Of a stretch of DNA of 44,352 nt, positions 41,297 to 44,352 are shown one piece after another. Each line of letters opens with the position of its first letter. Within the stretch, counting starts at the first letter, position 1. Under the pieces are notes generated by a model. That model was not told where the DNA came from, searched no databases, and saw only the letters and a list, made by a program, of their open reading frames with translations. This DNA is from a virus: positions 1 to 44,352 of IMG/VR virus record IMGVR_UViG_3300045258_000084. One strand, 5' to 3'. The translations under genes were made by a program, and so were the position numbers.

Positions 41297-41310
41297 AGGG
41301 TGAGATAACA

Positions 41311-42597
41311 ATGAAGATTCAAATGCCATTATACGCGCCTGATGATAACTTGGGTACTGGTGCGGCCCTTGAAGATGGCTCATTAAATGCTGATAAAATT
41401 TTAGATAATTTACTTGATGATTCTGATATTACTGATGAGGGTAAAGATGAGAAATTAGATTTAAAGGATGATAAGAAAGATGAAGGTAAGGAAGAGAAAG
41501 ATGAGGAAAGTGAGAAAGAGGATGAACTTAAATTAGATGAAGAAATTGATGAAAGTAAATTAGAGTTTTCAGATTTGCCAAGTCGGAAAGAAGTGCTTAA
41601 AGCATTTCCTGATTTATATAAAAAGTTCCCCGCGTTGGAAAAGGCTATTTACAGAGAACAGCAATATAGTGAAGTTTTTCCCAATATTGATGATGCTAAG
41701 ACCGCGAAAGATAATGCAGATAATTATGAGAAATTTGAAGCATCTCTATTGGATGGAAACATTTCTTCTGTTCTAAAGTCAGTAAAAGAAGCTGATTCAA
41801 CCGCGTTTGAGAAATTGACAGAACAATTTCTTTTTAATTTATATGAAGTCGATAAGCCTGCTTATTTTGGGGTGGTTTCAAATGTTCTAAAGGATGCCGC
41901 GATTTCCATATTTAAATCTGGTGCTAGTATGGGCGCGGATAATCAAGAAGGTCAGAATTTAAGACGCGCCGCGGAAATTTTACATAAATTCTTTTTTCAA
42001 GATGAAAAGATTACTAATTATAATTATAAACATCAAGTTAATCGCGGCGAATCTAAGGCTGATCCTAAAGAAGAACAACTTACTAAGAGAGAAGAACGAT
42101 TCCTTCAGGATCAATTAGATGTAGCTAGTAATGATGTAAGTTCTTCAGTTGAAAATCTAGTTAGAAGATCAGTAGATAATGCAATTGATCCAACTGGAAG
42201 AATGTCAGATTATGTTAAGAATAAGGCTATTGAGGATATTATTTCTTCACTTGATAGTGAAATAAATTCAGATGCAAGATTTAAGAAAGTTTTAGATAAT
42301 CTTTGGTTAGATAGTGGTAAAAATAGTTTTAATAATGCTAGTAAGACTAAGATTAAAAATGCTCTATTAGGTAAAGCTAGAACTGTTCTGCCTGCTATTA
42401 TGCGTAGGGTTCGGGCAGAGGCCCTTAAAGGTTCAGCCGCACGTAATAGAAATGATAGGGATGAAGATACCCCATTGCCGCGTGGAAGATCGGCTAATTT
42501 ATCTTCTAATACTTCATCCAGAAGTGAGGGAACTAAAGCAGAAAAAGGGGAAAAAATTCCGAAGAAAATGACGACGTTAGAATATTTGAATAGTTAG
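41311..42597 (+). CDS. Scaffolding-like protein
   Basis: 428 aa with a highly acidic D/E/K N-terminal third, a helical remainder and a basic tail. It lies immediately upstream of the capsid genes. Confidence 0.6.
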   Translation: MKIQMPLYAPDDNLGTGAALEDGSLNADKILDNLLDDSDITDEGKDEKLDLKDDKKDEGKEEKDEESEKEDELKLDEEIDESKLEFSDLPSRKEVLKAFPDLYKKFPALEKAIYREQQYSEVFPNIDDAKTAKDNADNYEKFEASLLDGNISSVLKSVKEADSTAFEKLTEQFLFNLYEVDKPAYFGVVSNVLKDAAISIFKSGASMGADNQEGQNLRRAAEILHKFFFQDEKITNYNYKHQVNRGESKADPKEEQLTKREERFLQDQLDVASNDVSSSVENLVRRSVDNAIDPTGRMSDYVKNKAIEDIISSLDSEINSDARFKKVLDNLWLDSGKNSFNNASKTKIKNALLGKARTVLPAIMRRVRAEALKGSAARNRNDRDEDTPLPRGRSANLSSNTSSRSEGTKAEKGEKIPKKMTTLEYLNS

Positions 42598-42614
42598 TCG
42601 AGGTAAAGAAAAAC

Positions 42615-42983
42615 ATGGCAAATACCTCAAATAAATCTTTTTCAATCGCTATTACAGGGGATGGTTCTATATCTTCGATTGCTTGGTCTGAGATATTTAA
42701 TGGATTAAGCAATCCATTATCCCCTGCTCAAAGCGAAATAAAAGATTTAGCATTGGGCGCAAACACAATAACTCCACCTACAGGTGGGGGCACTACGCCA
42801 GTTGGGGTATTAATTATTCCCCCCTCAACTAATGCAAATGCCCTTACTTTAAAAGGTATCGCAGGAGATACGGGAGTTCCAATATCTAAAACTGATATGA
42901 CTTATATTGGTTTGGGCGCGGCTGGAACTTTTGTTATTAATGCTGCGGCTTTAACGAGTGGGGTTAGGTTTATTTGGATTTAA
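42615..42983 (+). CDS. Small virion-module protein
   Basis: 122 aa containing LTLKGIAGDTGVPI, located between the scaffold and capsid genes. Confidence 0.5.
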   Translation: MANTSNKSFSIAITGDGSISSIAWSEIFNGLSNPLSPAQSEIKDLALGANTITPPTGGGTTPVGVLIIPPSTNANALTLKGIAGDTGVPISKTDMTYIGLGAAGTFVINAAALTSGVRFIWI

Positions 42984-42999
42984 TATTTAGGAGTATATA

Positions 43000-44295
43000 A
43001 TGTATAATTGGTTTAAATTTGTTAATGATCATGGTGGAACTTATAAGGCCTTAACCGAAGCTCAAGTTGCGGGCCTTGAATTAGAAAGGGTTATTCCCAA
43101 GGTTAGAACTTTATTTGAAAGGGATGATAAGTTCTATTCAAATATCAAGAAGCGTGATGTTGAAAAAATTTCTAATAGACAGATGCGTGTTCCATTAGAA
43201 ATTAGACCTGGGGGTTCATTTCAATACTTTAATCCGGATGGTGGTGATTTAGGTCGTGGTAGCGGGCCAACTTTTGATAAGGCTGTGTTAAGTTCAGTAT
43301 TCATGAGTGAGAATATTGAATATACTAAGTTAGCACAGTGGGCAACAGATGATGATAGGAAGTCGGTAGCAAAAGGAGTTAAAAGGTTAGTAGCTACAGC
43401 TCTTGATGAAATCCGTAGACAATTAGATAGTCAGATGATGCAGCCTGGTAATGGTGTAATTGGAACTGTTACTACTGATACCCCTGCTGGTGGTTCTAAC
43501 GTAATCACATTAACTACAGATGGTTTTGGCGCGCGTCTGATGAGATTTAATCAGACTGTTCAGATTTTTGATGTTACATTAGCTACCAATAGGGGAAGTG
43601 GTTTAATTACAAACTGGGATGTGCCTGGAAAGACTATTTCCATTACACCTCAGATTGCTGGTGTGATTGCAACGGATGTTATTGTTACAGCAGGATTACC
43701 CGCGCCAGCAACATTACCCGCATTATTTGGGGTTCCTTACCATCACTCAGCTTCTGCTGTAGGAACATGGTTAGGTTTTAATCGTGCAACTACTCCTGAA
43801 ATTCGTGCTAATAGAGTTAATGCTGGGGGTTCTGCGCTTACTTTACCATTACCCAGATTAGCAATTAATAATATTGGCAATCGAATTGGATTGGATAATA
43901 ACTTCTCGCCTAATGCATGGACTCATCCCTGCCAAGCACAGGCTTATGAAGAAATTGGCCAGTTAGTTGTTCAGATTCATAAGCAGGCAAAAGATGAAGC
44001 TTTAGATATGTATTTCGGTGATAACATGCAGTTAGCTGGCGCGCCGATTAAGCGTTCGTTTAACTGGGATAAAACTCGTATTGATTTCATTACAGATGAA
44101 GTATGGGGCCGTGGTGAAATTCTTCCCATTGGATTCTACACAACTGATGGTAGGAAAACGTTTGAAATTCGTGGTGCAAGTGGTGGTGTGGCTACTGCTG
44201 ATATCTTTTATATGGTAGTGGGCATGCAGACTTTCGTCAATAACCCGGCTGGATGCAGCTTTATAGACACCCTTGCTGTACCGGCTGGTTATTAA
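43000..44295 (+). CDS. Major capsid protein
   Basis: 431-aa ORF with a strong SD (aggagtatataATG) after the scaffold-like gene. Size and position are typical of an HK97-fold capsid protein. Its 3' end is duplicated at 1..70. Confidence 0.7.
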   Translation: MYNWFKFVNDHGGTYKALTEAQVAGLELERVIPKVRTLFERDDKFYSNIKKRDVEKISNRQMRVPLEIRPGGSFQYFNPDGGDLGRGSGPTFDKAVLSSVFMSENIEYTKLAQWATDDDRKSVAKGVKRLVATALDEIRRQLDSQMMQPGNGVIGTVTTDTPAGGSNVITLTTDGFGARLMRFNQTVQIFDVTLATNRGSGLITNWDVPGKTISITPQIAGVIATDVIVTAGLPAPATLPALFGVPYHHSASAVGTWLGFNRATTPEIRANRVNAGGSALTLPLPRLAINNIGNRIGLDNNFSPNAWTHPCQAQAYEEIGQLVVQIHKQAKDEALDMYFGDNMQLAGAPIKRSFNWDKTRIDFITDEVWGRGEILPIGFYTTDGRKTFEIRGASGGVATADIFYMVVGMQTFVNNPAGCSFIDTLAVPAGY

Positions 44296-44352
44296 GCTTT
44301 AAAGTTACATAGAGGTAAAAGAAAATGCATAAGTTCTTTAAGTTTCTTCGAG
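44226..44352. repeat. Terminal direct repeat copy 2, identical to 1..127
   Basis: Verified base by base against 1..127. Confidence 0.95.

Noticed and set aside
1-44352. Temperate lifestyle, prophage ends or a mobile-element cargo
   Set aside because: No integrase, recombinase, CI/Cro-like pair, att-like repeats, transposase or partition genes are recognisable. The only long repeat is the 127-bp assembly overlap.

Overview
The window is a complete, circularly assembled dsDNA tailed-phage genome. The first 127 nt are identical to the last 127 nt, so the unique length is 44,225 bp. It is AT-rich (roughly mid-30s %GC by eye) and very tightly packed. There are two transcription blocks. (1) A minus-strand early/replication block (about 12188..32280). 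It encodes a UDG-like/3'-5' exo/family-A DNA polymerase fusion, a DUF3987-type helicase-like protein, a SprT-like/SNF2 ATPase fusion, a Sak4/AAA_24-like ATPase, a putative SSB, a Cas4/RecB-like nuclease, a cold-shock-domain protein, one tRNA-Leu(UAA) and many small zinc-ribbon proteins. (2) A plus-strand late block (33056 through the window end, wrapping to 12194). It encodes secreted/membrane proteins, large terminase, portal, scaffold-like protein, major capsid protein, tail proteins and three internal-virion-like proteins ending in a 1036-aa giant. This layout is podovirus-like, with no tape measure protein. I saw no integrase, repressor, RNA polymerase, reverse transcriptase, CRISPR array or transposase. 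Near-consensus sigma70-type promoters sit in the divergent region (32329..32357 minus, 32984..33013 plus) and inside the early block (31611..31639 minus, 22644..22672 minus). The strongest unexplained signal is at the DNA level. A GC-rich near-palindrome family centred on CGCG (GGCGCG/CGCGCC, GGCGCGG, CCGCGG, and five full GGCGCGCC octamers) recurs about once per 250 bp. It occurs on both strands and in all reading frames, far above composition expectation, and is absent from several 1-2 kb patches. Other points worth follow-up: two unusually large repeat-rich non-coding regions (31529..31953 and 32281..33055); a strand-specific 16-bp RNA stem upstream of the polymerase module; a 39-aa poly-acidic peptide next to the SSB-like gene; a Met/Gln-rich low-complexity protein between terminase and portal; and a TIM-barrel glycosidase-like gene with an overlapping mini-lipoprotein inside the replication block. 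All functional calls come from motif recognition by eye and gene order, and no database search was possible.
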